From: a virus
Lineage: Duplodnaviria; Caudoviricetes
Length of the DNA: 35,689 nucleotides
IMG/VR virus record: IMGVR_UViG_3300043443_000316
Span: 1-35,689 of that record
Strand: one strand, 5' to 3'
The notes under the pieces were generated by a model. It was given only the letters and a program-made list of their open reading frames with translations. It was not told the origin of the DNA and did not search any database. Position numbers and translations under genes: made by a program. Shown piece by piece: positions 7,458-16,403 of the stretch (its first letter is position 1; every line of letters starts with the position of its first letter).

Positions 7458-8227
7458 GAGCCGAACTCACAATTGAGACGGAGAGGTTCAACGAGGTGAT
7501 GAAGCGCTGGCTGGTGACGACCAGTCGCGAAATGTCCGTGGCTGTAAATGCGCGCATGGCATTTCTTTTGATGCGGATGTTTGTTCTGATCCCTCCGCAT
7601 CGTGTGCAGCAGAAGCGGGATGAAATCAGGACGTACATGCAGCAGACCATCGGCGACAGGCGCATGGACAAAAAGACCGGCAAAGCCGTAGGCAGAGCGC
7701 GGCAGCTTCGGCGCGTTCATCTGATCGCCCAAGCCAGGAATCGCAAGGCTGGCGGAATTGGGCTGTACGGTGAAAAGATGAAGACTGCGTCTGCATCGCT
7801 CAGACGCAAGGCGGTTGGCTCAGTGGGCTATCTGAAGTCTGGATTGATTGGGGCCATCAGAAAGTTCCAAGGGCATTTTACGCAATTTGGCGGCTCGACC
7901 AAGAAGTCCAAGGGTAAGCAGATTTCCGGCAATGCCGCGTTCATGCGACTGGTACGCGAATACGGCGGGCTTGAGGGAACCGGAAACGTGGCGAAACATA
8001 GGGGCGCAAAGTTTCAGGTCTCAACAGCTAAGCCGGGATTTTCTGGTCCTAAGACGGAAGCGTGGATGAATTTGTCAATTGGCATCGCCGATAACCAATT
8101 GGAGCGCGTCAACGCCATTTACACGGCTGCTGCCACACGCGCATTCCGGGACGAGCGGATTGAGATGGAGAAGCACCTTGCGGACAAGCTTGCGCAAGCT
8201 GCCGACGGGGCCATAACTGGCGCGTGA
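7454..8227 (+). CDS. Neck / tail-completion-like basic protein
   Basis: Lys/Arg-rich 257 aa after the head-closure gene; GYLKSG motif; position equivalent to HK97 gp10 or lambda gpZ. Confidence 0.45.
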   Translation: MRAELTIETERFNEVMKRWLVTTSREMSVAVNARMAFLLMRMFVLIPPHRVQQKRDEIRTYMQQTIGDRRMDKKTGKAVGRARQLRRVHLIAQARNRKAGGIGLYGEKMKTASASLRRKAVGSVGYLKSGLIGAIRKFQGHFTQFGGSTKKSKGKQISGNAAFMRLVREYGGLEGTGNVAKHRGAKFQVSTAKPGFSGPKTEAWMNLSIGIADNQLERVNAIYTAAATRAFRDERIEMEKHLADKLAQAADGAITGA

Positions 8228-9978
8228 TTGATCTGGCAGAAGAGTGGCGGAGAATACAGTGGGTTCCTGACCGTAGGCCGATCTCGGAATGGGCGGCGGA
8301 CAATGTCACGCTTCCTCCAACGCTGACGTTTTCAGGCAAGTTCGATCCTTCAATCTCGCGTCACTTCATTGCTCCGTTGGACTCGCTGAAATCCGACCGC
8401 GTGCGAGAGGTCAACATTCTGGCTCCTCCTCGAACTGGAAAGACTCTGATCGCGGACGTGTTTGCGCCGTGGGCAATCGCCCAGGATCCCGGTCCGTTGC
8501 TTTGGGTGTTCGCCGTGGATGATCAAGCCCGACTGCATTGCGAAACGCGCCTGATGCCAATTCTGCACGCGTGCGAGGCCGTCCAGTCGCTACTCCCCGA
8601 AAACCGGCACAAGGATCGATCGACCGAGATCCAATTGGCCAATGGGTACCCGGTTCACGTAAAGGGTCCAGCATTCGGCAATCTGCAAGCGCGGGGCTAT
8701 CGCTACCTGATTGGCGACGAGCTTTGGCTTTGGCCACATGGGCGACTTGGCCAGGCAAAGACGCGTCTTGGAGACTTCAGGCGCAATCAGTCCGACAAGT
8801 TCCTCGGCATCTCTCAAGGCGGAGAGACTGGCGGGGAATGGTGGCAGCAATACACAGCCGGGACCGTGCATGAGTGGGAAGTGCCGTGCGACGCATGCGG
8901 CGTCTATCAGCGACCTGTTTTTTCGGGCAAGCACGACGACGGCAGCCGCTACGGAATCGTGTTTGCAGCCGACAAAAGGGCAGACGGATCCTACGACATC
9001 GAGGGCGCCAAAGCGTCGACGCGTTACGTCTGCCAGTTCTGCGAGCACGAGCACAAAGAGTGCAAGCAGACGCAGGGCCGATGGAATGCCTTGGGTCGAT
9101 ACGCTCGTGTTGAGGGCGGGTCCTCGGAGTCGCATTCATACCACTGGAACGATGTCATCTGCGCTCAGTGGCGTGATCTGGTCGCTTTGTTTCTCGCTGC
9201 CCGCGTTCAATCCAAGCGTGGCAACTGGAAGCCTCTGGTAGACTTCACCCAGAAGCAGCTGGCGGAGTTCGCCAACGAGCGGACCGTTGCCGAATCGGAA
9301 AACCCGTTGCAACGCGTCGAAATGTCAGCTTCGGAGGAATGGCCAGACGAGGCTTTCCGGTTCATGGCGGTCGACACGCAGCACGGTCACTTCCACGTCA
9401 TGGCTAGGGCTTGGTCAAAGACTGGAGAAAGCCGCCGACTACATTGGGGGCAGGTCAAAACGCCAGAGGAGATTGAGGCGTTGAGAATCGCGATGAACAT
9501 CAAGCCGCGATGCGTGATCATCGATGCGGCTTGGAATGCTCGCATGGTTTATACGTGGGCGGCCAATTACGATTGGGTGTGCATTCGCGGTGATGCTCGC
9601 AGGGCGTGGAAGCATAAGGTTGCCGAGCCTGGTAAAGCGCCGACGTGGGTGGAGAAACCGTGGAGCCTGTCCTGGTGGGGCGACCCGGACTCCAATGGAC
9701 TGACCAGCAAAGGTAAAAAGGCTTTGGCCTTTTTCATCTCCAAACCATCTACCGCTGACCGTCTGCAAGCGCTGCGTGACTCTGGGCTATGGGTTGAGCC
9801 CAAGGTCGAGCCAATGACAAAGGCAGAACAGGACTACACGGACCAACTCAACAGCATGATGAAGATCCGAAGGAAGCCCGGGGAACCGGAAACGTGGGAG
9901 CAAGTTGGATGTGAGCCCCACGCATGGGACGTGGCACGGATGCAAGTTTTCGCTGCAATGGCAAAGGGCGTCGCGTAG
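8224..9978 (+). CDS. Terminase large subunit, GpA family
   Basis: ISEWAAD N-terminal motif, Walker A PPRTGKT, Walker B LIGDE, CxxC pairs, nuclease motifs AVDTQ and IIDA, C-terminal PHAWD. Confidence 0.92.
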   Translation: MIDLAEEWRRIQWVPDRRPISEWAADNVTLPPTLTFSGKFDPSISRHFIAPLDSLKSDRVREVNILAPPRTGKTLIADVFAPWAIAQDPGPLLWVFAVDDQARLHCETRLMPILHACEAVQSLLPENRHKDRSTEIQLANGYPVHVKGPAFGNLQARGYRYLIGDELWLWPHGRLGQAKTRLGDFRRNQSDKFLGISQGGETGGEWWQQYTAGTVHEWEVPCDACGVYQRPVFSGKHDDGSRYGIVFAADKRADGSYDIEGAKASTRYVCQFCEHEHKECKQTQGRWNALGRYARVEGGSSESHSYHWNDVICAQWRDLVALFLAARVQSKRGNWKPLVDFTQKQLAEFANERTVAESENPLQRVEMSASEEWPDEAFRFMAVDTQHGHFHVMARAWSKTGESRRLHWGQVKTPEEIEALRIAMNIKPRCVIIDAAWNARMVYTWAANYDWVCIRGDARRAWKHKVAEPGKAPTWVEKPWSLSWWGDPDSNGLTSKGKKALAFFISKPSTADRLQALRDSGLWVEPKVEPMTKAEQDYTDQLNSMMKIRRKPGEPETWEQVGCEPHAWDVARMQVFAAMAKGVA

Positions 9979-9980
9979 CG

Positions 9981-9993
9981 GTGTTGCGGTTAG
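9981..9993 (+). promoter_or_regulatory. Putative late-gene regulatory box GTGTTGCGGTTAG (copy 2)
   Basis: Exact match to 909-921; lies in the gap between terL and the gpW-like gene. Confidence 0.55.
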
Positions 9994-10003
9994 CCATCAA
10001 GGT

Positions 10004-10264
10004 GTGGCGTTCAACCCGTTCGTCGGACTGACTGAGGCGGAGTTGCTGGCTGCTCGCAGGAGCATCCAGACTGAGATGCTGTCTGGATCGCAATTGCAGT
10101 CCTCGTCCGCTGGCGACGTTCAGGCGTCATCCATCATCCAGATGGGACCATTCCAGCGGTTTGTCTTGGTGCAAAAGGCACTGTTCGCCATCAACCCGGA
10201 TCTGTATCCGCTTTCCCAGATTCCTCCGACTAGATCGGTGGCGGTCATGGGCACTGCTGTCTAA
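10004..10264 (+). CDS. gpW-like head completion protein
   Basis: GTG start (MAFNPFVGLTEAELLAARR...); small helical protein between terL and portal, as in lambda. Confidence 0.6.
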   Translation: MAFNPFVGLTEAELLAARRSIQTEMLSGSQLQSSSAGDVQASSIIQMGPFQRFVLVQKALFAINPDLYPLSQIPPTRSVAVMGTAV

Positions 10265-11736
10265 TGGCCACGCAACCCGTCAGACTCTTTGACCAGTTCG
10301 GGCGGCTTATGCCGACCCGGATCAGCACTGCCGCCATTGGCTCGCAGCAACGCAGGGCTCGCACTGGATTCGATCGCGACTCGGCCAACCTGTACAGCGG
10401 CACCGATCGCCTGTTGCTGATGTCAATGGGGCGCTGGTTGTACGCCAACAACTCCTTGGTGGCTGGATCCGTCGACGATCAGGCCGCAATTGTGTCTGGC
10501 GAACTCACGCCGCAATTTGCCGGGTCTGACTCCGAGTGGGGGATGCTGGCGGAACAATGGCTGGAGGATCACGACCGACTCTGCGACGTGCGCGGGGACC
10601 TGTACCCGATGCAGACTTTGCAACGCCTGTGGATGCTGCACATCATCCGCGACGGAGACGTAGGCGTTATCTTTACCGAGGGCGCTGGTGGATACCCTCT
10701 TTTGCAGACGATCCCGGCGCATCGCATCCGAGACAATGGAGTTGGAACCGCTGGCTCCGACTCGCCTTGGGAAGGCTATCGAATCGTTGACGGCGTCATC
10801 GTCAATGACGTGGGCCGACCGCTTGCTTATCGGGTCTACGACGACGCGAGGACGACGTATCAAGACATCAGCGCCGTCGATATGAAGGTGCGCTTCCTGC
10901 CTCGGTACGCCGACCAGGTGCGCGGATTCTCGGCACTTGGATGCGCCATGACGGACTTTCAGGATGTCGACGAGGTTCGGCGCTTTGAGTTGATCGCGCA
11001 GAAGCTTGCGGCGTCGATCGTCTTGGCTGAGACCAACGAAACCGGACTTCCGCCGGCGACTGCGGAAAGCCTGCTCGGCGAGGATTCGACCGAGACTAAC
11101 CCAGACGCAAATCTCGCCATGCACTCAATGCGTGGCGGCGAGATCCAGTATTTCCGCAGCGGAACCGGAGGCAAGCTGGAGGCGCTCAAGGCTGACCGGC
11201 CCACACCCGCGCAGCAGCAGTTTGCGGATTCCATCATCCGTCAGGCCATGGCAGGGATGGGATGGTCAATCGACTACTTCCTGGATCCGTCTAAGGTTGG
11301 TGGCGCTGCCATGCGTGTTGTGGTTGAACGTATCAACCGTCACGTCGGCATGATGCGCAGCCAATGCCTGTTTCCGTTGGCTCGTTCGGTTGACTCGTGG
11401 CGCATCGCCAAGGCTATCAAGGAAGGGATCCTGCCTCCGTCTGATGATTGGTACCGGTGGCGCTATCAGGGCGCTGCCAACATCACGGCAGACGCCAAAT
11501 ACGCCGCACAGGTCTCCGAGATCCGCATGGAACGCGGGTTGTCTTCGCCGCAGATCGAGGCCGCGCAAATTGGCAACGACTGGGAGCATGTGATGGATCA
11601 GCAAATCGCTTTCGCCATTCGGTTCCGCGAAAAGTGCGCTGAGGCCGGCATTTCAACTGACGAAGTGAAGGCGATCAATACGAACTCTGGTACGGCTCAA
11701 ACGCCAACCGATCAGACGCAGGAGGTAACACCGTGA
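10264..11736 (+). CDS. Portal protein, lambda family
   Basis: RWLYANNS, RDGDV, DGVIVNDVGRPLAYRV and DQVRGFS motifs; 490 aa. Confidence 0.9.
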   Translation: MATQPVRLFDQFGRLMPTRISTAAIGSQQRRARTGFDRDSANLYSGTDRLLLMSMGRWLYANNSLVAGSVDDQAAIVSGELTPQFAGSDSEWGMLAEQWLEDHDRLCDVRGDLYPMQTLQRLWMLHIIRDGDVGVIFTEGAGGYPLLQTIPAHRIRDNGVGTAGSDSPWEGYRIVDGVIVNDVGRPLAYRVYDDARTTYQDISAVDMKVRFLPRYADQVRGFSALGCAMTDFQDVDEVRRFELIAQKLAASIVLAETNETGLPPATAESLLGEDSTETNPDANLAMHSMRGGEIQYFRSGTGGKLEALKADRPTPAQQQFADSIIRQAMAGMGWSIDYFLDPSKVGGAAMRVVVERINRHVGMMRSQCLFPLARSVDSWRIAKAIKEGILPPSDDWYRWRYQGAANITADAKYAAQVSEIRMERGLSSPQIEAAQIGNDWEHVMDQQIAFAIRFREKCAEAGISTDEVKAINTNSGTAQTPTDQTQEVTP

Positions 11737-12524
11737 GCCAACACAAGATTTTTGCGATTCGCCCAGAGGTCACGTCCGAGGCTGTTGAGGCCCTGCGCCC
11801 AAAGAAATGCCAAGACGAGCCGATTTCCACGCCTCCCTACGAATTGATTGAGTTCGAGGATGAAATGACGGGCATGGAGATGTCCGTTGCCGTGATCAAA
11901 GCCCGTGGCGTTTTGGCGCTCAACGTCGACGGCTGGTTTGGATGCTGCGATCTGGACGAGCTTGCTGAAGAGATCGAAGAGGCGGACGCAGACGCCAACG
12001 TGACTGCCATCATTGTCGAGATGGACAGCCCAGGCGGAACCGTCAACGGCACGCCTGAAGCCGCCGAGCGTATTGCGCGCATTTCCAAGCCTCTCATGGT
12101 GTGGACGGAGGGCGAGCTTTGCAGCGCTGCCTATTGGATCACTGCGAGCGCGGACGTGATCTATGCCACGCCGTCCTCGGTGGTTGGATCCGTTGGCTGC
12201 GTCCTCGCGTTCTACGATTACAGCGCAATGCTGGATCAGTCCGGCATCAAGGTGCAGGTCTTCCGCAGCGGTGAGCTAAAGGCCGCAGGTTATCCGGGCA
12301 CTGCATTGTCGGAGACTGAAGCAGCGCATTTCCAGTCAATGGTTTCCGAGGTCGGGAGCGACTTTGCGGAATGGGTCACGACCTACCGGGACAACGTTGA
12401 CGTTGACGTGTTTGACGGTCGCGCCGTTAGCGGAAAGCAGGGTGTCAGACTTGGCCTTTTGGATGGCGTTTTCATCACTCGCGAAGAGGCGATTAAATCA
12501 TTTCTGGAGGGGATTAACCTGTGA
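11733..12524 (+). CDS. Prohead protease, S49 (SppA/gpC-like) family
   Basis: DSPGG, CSAAYWI, VGSVG and GLLDG motifs. Confidence 0.92.
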   Translation: MSQHKIFAIRPEVTSEAVEALRPKKCQDEPISTPPYELIEFEDEMTGMEMSVAVIKARGVLALNVDGWFGCCDLDELAEEIEEADADANVTAIIVEMDSPGGTVNGTPEAAERIARISKPLMVWTEGELCSAAYWITASADVIYATPSSVVGSVGCVLAFYDYSAMLDQSGIKVQVFRSGELKAAGYPGTALSETEAAHFQSMVSEVGSDFAEWVTTYRDNVDVDVFDGRAVSGKQGVRLGLLDGVFITREEAIKSFLEGINL

Positions 12525-12970
12525 GCATCCTGAGCAAGACCATGTTTGCGTTTCGCGACGCAATGGAGGCGAAGGCTTGGACGTGGCCAGCGTCTATTCG
12601 CGCCGGGATTTCGCGGGGACCGCTGGACGACGACGAAACGGCATCGCCTGCCAGCAATCCTCTTCCTTCGATCATCGCCAACGCCGGCACGGCATCACAG
12701 ATCACTCCGCAGATTGCAAACTTTGAGGTGTCCGTCTCTGTCGAGGTCAGGCACCAAGCGGACGACAGCACGCCGGATGATCATCTGCAATCCGTGGCTG
12801 AGGTCGCGGATTGGATTCACGGCGACTCATTCATTTCGGATCTGAGTGCGTATTCTGGTTTCACGGCATTCGGTCGTGGGAACGTGAATCAAAGCTTCGA
12901 CCAGATGGGTCGCAAGTGGGTCACTCGATTTGAGTTTCAACTGACGGCAGCGCCGTCCGACATCAGCTAA
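12521..12970 (+). CDS. Tail terminator-like protein
   Basis: About 150 aa alpha/beta pattern (LPSIIANA, FEVSVSVEV) directly before the tail tube gene. Confidence 0.45.
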   Translation: MSILSKTMFAFRDAMEAKAWTWPASIRAGISRGPLDDDETASPASNPLPSIIANAGTASQITPQIANFEVSVSVEVRHQADDSTPDDHLQSVAEVADWIHGDSFISDLSAYSGFTAFGRGNVNQSFDQMGRKWVTRFEFQLTAAPSDIS

Positions 12971-12979
12971 AGGATACAC

Positions 12980-13498
12980 ATGGCCTCACAAACGCAGGGT
13001 GCAGCTAACGGATTCGGCACATACGGAGGAACAGCAGGATCAAGGACGCCTGTCAGCTTCACCGTGTACAACGCCAGCAATACATCGCTCGGCGCTGGGT
13101 TTGTCATGCCCACGGTCGACGGATTCACGCTGACGCATAACTACGAGACCTCAAACACGCGTCTCGGCAACGGCGACTACGATTCCCACACCGTTCACGG
13201 CGAGTATCTCGAAATGTCGTGCGATTTGGTTTTCGTTGGATCGAGCGAGGCAAATCTTGCGCTTGCGGAGCGCGGTTTTCCGCCGGGTTCGACGATCGTG
13301 ATTTCAGGCGCGCCGGTTCGTTCGATGGGATCTTTCACTGATGCCATCAATGTCGCTGGCGGATCCGCTCCAGAGACCAGTCGATGGCATCCAATGCCTG
13401 GGATGACCATCCGCCGCACGTCGACCGGCACCAGCACCGGCAGCGTTACCCTGCGACGTTACCCTGGCATCGTTGGTGGCGCTGCAATCGTGATCTAA
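12980..13498 (+). CDS. Tail tube (major tail) protein, putative
   Basis: 172 aa, Gly/Thr/Ser beta-rich; position between terminator and chaperone/tape measure genes. Confidence 0.55.
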   Translation: MASQTQGAANGFGTYGGTAGSRTPVSFTVYNASNTSLGAGFVMPTVDGFTLTHNYETSNTRLGNGDYDSHTVHGEYLEMSCDLVFVGSSEANLALAERGFPPGSTIVISGAPVRSMGSFTDAINVAGGSAPETSRWHPMPGMTIRRTSTGTSTGSVTLRRYPGIVGGAAIVI

Positions 13499-14040
13499 TG
13501 GACTGGGCAACAGCCATCCAGTCGACACGCGTTCTCGGGCTTACTTTGCGCGAGCCCGTGACGCTGGCCCATGTGCTGCTGCTCGCTGAGGTTGATTCCC
13601 CTGTGGTGACTGGTGGACTGGTCACCATTGGGGACGTTGCGCTGGCTGCGTTCATTTGCGCGTGGCCTGCTGGCAAATCGCGAGATTTGTTGTCTTCGCG
13701 ATGGTGCCCGCTGGTGTTCAAGCTCTGGGGCAAGTTCTGGACACCAAACGGCGACGCGGAACGGTTCATGGATTGGCTGAGGTTTCAAATCCAACTTCCC
13801 GAAACCTGGACCACAGACAGCAAAGGCCGAAAGACCGAGCTAGCCGCCCCGTGGTGGCTCAATAGGCTGTCGCAGGCATTGGAGGCAGGTATCAGCTATC
13901 AAGACGCCTTGGTGATGCCTTTGCGGACGTTGTCGCTGATTGTGGCCGCAAGGCTTGAAGCAAGCGGTGCGGTCGAGTTCGTAAGCGATCGGCAACGCGA
14001 CTACCTGCGCTTGTGCGAGGAGTATTCATTGAGGAACTGA
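13498..14040 (+). CDS. Tail assembly chaperone-like protein
   Basis: TAATG-coupled start MDWATAIQ; lies between tube and tape measure genes. Confidence 0.45.
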   Translation: MDWATAIQSTRVLGLTLREPVTLAHVLLLAEVDSPVVTGGLVTIGDVALAAFICAWPAGKSRDLLSSRWCPLVFKLWGKFWTPNGDAERFMDWLRFQIQLPETWTTDSKGRKTELAAPWWLNRLSQALEAGISYQDALVMPLRTLSLIVAARLEASGAVEFVSDRQRDYLRLCEEYSLRN

Positions 14041-14041
14041 C

Positions 14042-14998
14042 ATGGCCATTTTCACATTTCTCGCCAAGCTCGGCCTCGACACGACGGACTTTCAGGCCGG
14101 AATTAGCCGTGCGCAATCGTCCGCGTCCGGTCTCGGCAAGGGCATCTCGGAAAGCCTGAAGCGTGAGAACGATAGCATCAAAGGCGCGCTTGCTGGCATG
14201 TTCACGGTGTCGGCAGCAAAGTCCTATTTCGGCGACCTCAAGAACATCGTCGACGAAATCAAGGACATGTCCGAATTGCTCGGCGTGTCGACGGACGAGG
14301 TGCAGCGATTGCAGAAGGCATCAGCAGAAGCTGGGCAAAACTTTGGAAGCGTCGTCACCGCGTTCCAGCGCATCGAGCAGATGCGAGCGCAGGCAATGAC
14401 CGGAGATAAGCGTGCGGTTGGAATCTTTGCGCTGCTTGGGATTGATCCATCAAAAGGATCCGGGATTGAAATCCTCAAAGCTGCAATCGACGCATCCTCA
14501 CGCGGAGCGCAGGAGAATGCGGCAGCGTTTGAGTTGGTTGGGAAAAAGGTGACTGGATTGAAGCTAACGATGGAAGAGCTTCAGAGGCTCGGTCCCATCA
14601 AGCTTATTGATCAAGAGCAGCTCGACGCCATCGACAGCGCGATCAAAAAGCAAGAGGAGGCAATTCGGCAGATGAAGATTGCAGGCGCTCCGCTTATGGC
14701 GACCTTGGCTCAAGGTGCTACCGGAGTGCTCAACATGTTCAACAGTCAGAACAGAGAGCGCCAAAACGAAATTGGCGGCATGTACTCACGCGGTGAAATC
14801 GACTTCAGGAAGCGGTTGGAACTGGAATCAATGAGCCTGCTGGGAATGCAGTCTGAGGAAGGGCGTAAATATTCTGCGTTGCCGCTGCCTGGGAATCGCG
14901 CCAATCCAATGCCTCAAGACCAAAACGCACTAATTCTTGAGGCTGCGCGAGCCAACATCAGAACCTTCGAGATCCTCGCTAAAAACGTCGATCAATGA
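14042..14998 (+). CDS. Tape measure protein (short)
   Basis: AKLGLDTTDFQAGI N-terminus and IKDMSELLGVSTDEVQRLQKA motif; helical and Ala-rich. Confidence 0.75.
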   Translation: MAIFTFLAKLGLDTTDFQAGISRAQSSASGLGKGISESLKRENDSIKGALAGMFTVSAAKSYFGDLKNIVDEIKDMSELLGVSTDEVQRLQKASAEAGQNFGSVVTAFQRIEQMRAQAMTGDKRAVGIFALLGIDPSKGSGIEILKAAIDASSRGAQENAAAFELVGKKVTGLKLTMEELQRLGPIKLIDQEQLDAIDSAIKKQEEAIRQMKIAGAPLMATLAQGATGVLNMFNSQNRERQNEIGGMYSRGEIDFRKRLELESMSLLGMQSEEGRKYSALPLPGNRANPMPQDQNALILEAARANIRTFEILAKNVDQ

Positions 14999-15807
14999 GC
15001 GCATACACTCAAGGCTCGCCATCGTTTGTCGCATCCGGCATCACGCTGGTCTCGACGCGCCCGGTCTTTGACCAAGGGAACGGAAACACGTGGGAATACA
15101 CCTACGAAGGGACTGCCGCAGGCATTGCGACGCAGGCCGCAGACATGCAGGCGGCTGGAGCCAGGACGACGGTCGACAACAGCGGTCCGGTCTCGCGCCT
15201 TGTTGCCTCTTTTGTCCGTGACCCAACGCAACCGGCAGCGGCTGAGACCACTTTCGACACTTGGTCGATCTCACAGGAGGAGTATCAGGTAAGCCTGTTC
15301 TCGATGGACCGCGCCGTTGAGGAGGCCCAAGGCTACGTCAGCAAGGCGCAGTACCGATCAGACATCGAGGAGGCGGCACGCGGAGGCGAGACCTACCCGC
15401 TCGATCAGACCCAATACCCTGTCGGTTGGTACATCTACAATCTGCTATCCCAAGGGATCGACACTTATCCGCGTGGAATGCCGGTGCTGAATCGCAACCG
15501 CACGTATTCGCTGACCTACACCGGAACGCCTCACCGGGTTGTTACGCAGGGCCTGGTCTACACGCGGGCGGCGTTGCTGCGTGACTTTGGCATCATTTCA
15601 CCACTGTCCGAACGCATCCCACTGGATCCTGCCGAGACTCTACCTGAGGGCTTTGTCTGGGGTTGGTATTTGTCGCGCCAAGACTTCAGCTATCAGCGGG
15701 AACGAAGCGCGCTTAAGGTCACCGAAAACCTCGGGTGGCGCTTTGGTAGCTGGAACGCATGGCCTGAAGGATCCGCTCTGCAAGGCATTTACCGACTGAT
15801 CCAATGA
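14995..15807 (+). CDS. Tail/baseplate protein, putative
   Basis: Follows the tape measure with ATGA overlap; aromatic-rich 270 aa. Confidence 0.5.
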   Translation: MSAYTQGSPSFVASGITLVSTRPVFDQGNGNTWEYTYEGTAAGIATQAADMQAAGARTTVDNSGPVSRLVASFVRDPTQPAAAETTFDTWSISQEEYQVSLFSMDRAVEEAQGYVSKAQYRSDIEEAARGGETYPLDQTQYPVGWYIYNLLSQGIDTYPRGMPVLNRNRTYSLTYTGTPHRVVTQGLVYTRAALLRDFGIISPLSERIPLDPAETLPEGFVWGWYLSRQDFSYQRERSALKVTENLGWRFGSWNAWPEGSALQGIYRLIQ

Positions 15808-16007
15808 GGATTCCAAACAAAGTTTCCGAGCAGGGTCTAGAGCCTGAGCTTCGCCGAGCGTTCAACCAACTGGTTGAGTACTTGCGCACGATCCAACCGC
15901 GTGACAGTGCCAGCGTCTCGGTAAGCACGACGACCAATGGCGTCACGATGGCGGTCAAACCTTCGGCTCGCGGAAACGGTTCAGGCAGCGTTCCAAGATG
16001 GGGATAA
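15804..16007 (+). CDS. Small tail-region protein
   Basis: Coupled overlap; FNQLVEYLR...TTNGV pattern. Confidence 0.5.
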   Translation: MRIPNKVSEQGLEPELRRAFNQLVEYLRTIQPRDSASVSVSTTTNGVTMAVKPSARGNGSGSVPRWG

Positions 16008-16010
16008 TTT

Positions 16011-16400
16011 ATGGCAAACGAGATCACGATCAGCATGTCGATGTCCGCTTCAAAAGGCGGGGCATCAATCAACACCGTCGGAGCAACCGGACCTGCGTCA
16101 GCGTCGTATGACATGACCGGGGCTGACATGATTTCCGGCACGCACGCAACCAGCACCACGACATCAGCTATCCCTCTGGGCTCCGTTGTTGCGCCGTATC
16201 GAATTTACATGATGAACATGGAGGTGAGCCCAAGCACTGTGACAATCAGCATTGACAGGTCAACTCCGGTTTCGGGAACCCCTGTCACTGTTCTGGCTCC
16301 AGGAGATGAATGCTTTCTTGTCGTTCCATCAGGAACCACAATTTACGCAATCGCATCCTCGGGAACGCCGAGTCTCTTTTACGCCATCGTTGAGAAGTGA
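16011..16400 (+). CDS. Small beta-rich virion protein
   Basis: MANEITISMS start; Ser/Thr-rich; tail region. Confidence 0.5.
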   Translation: MANEITISMSMSASKGGASINTVGATGPASASYDMTGADMISGTHATSTTTSAIPLGSVVAPYRIYMMNMEVSPSTVTISIDRSTPVSGTPVTVLAPGDECFLVVPSGTTIYAIASSGTPSLFYAIVEK

Positions 16401-16403
16401 TCG

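Noticed and set aside
13384-14040. Programmed -1 frameshift in the tail chaperone
   Set aside because: One continuous ORF from 13498 fills the gap between tube and tape measure; no convincing slippery heptamer seen
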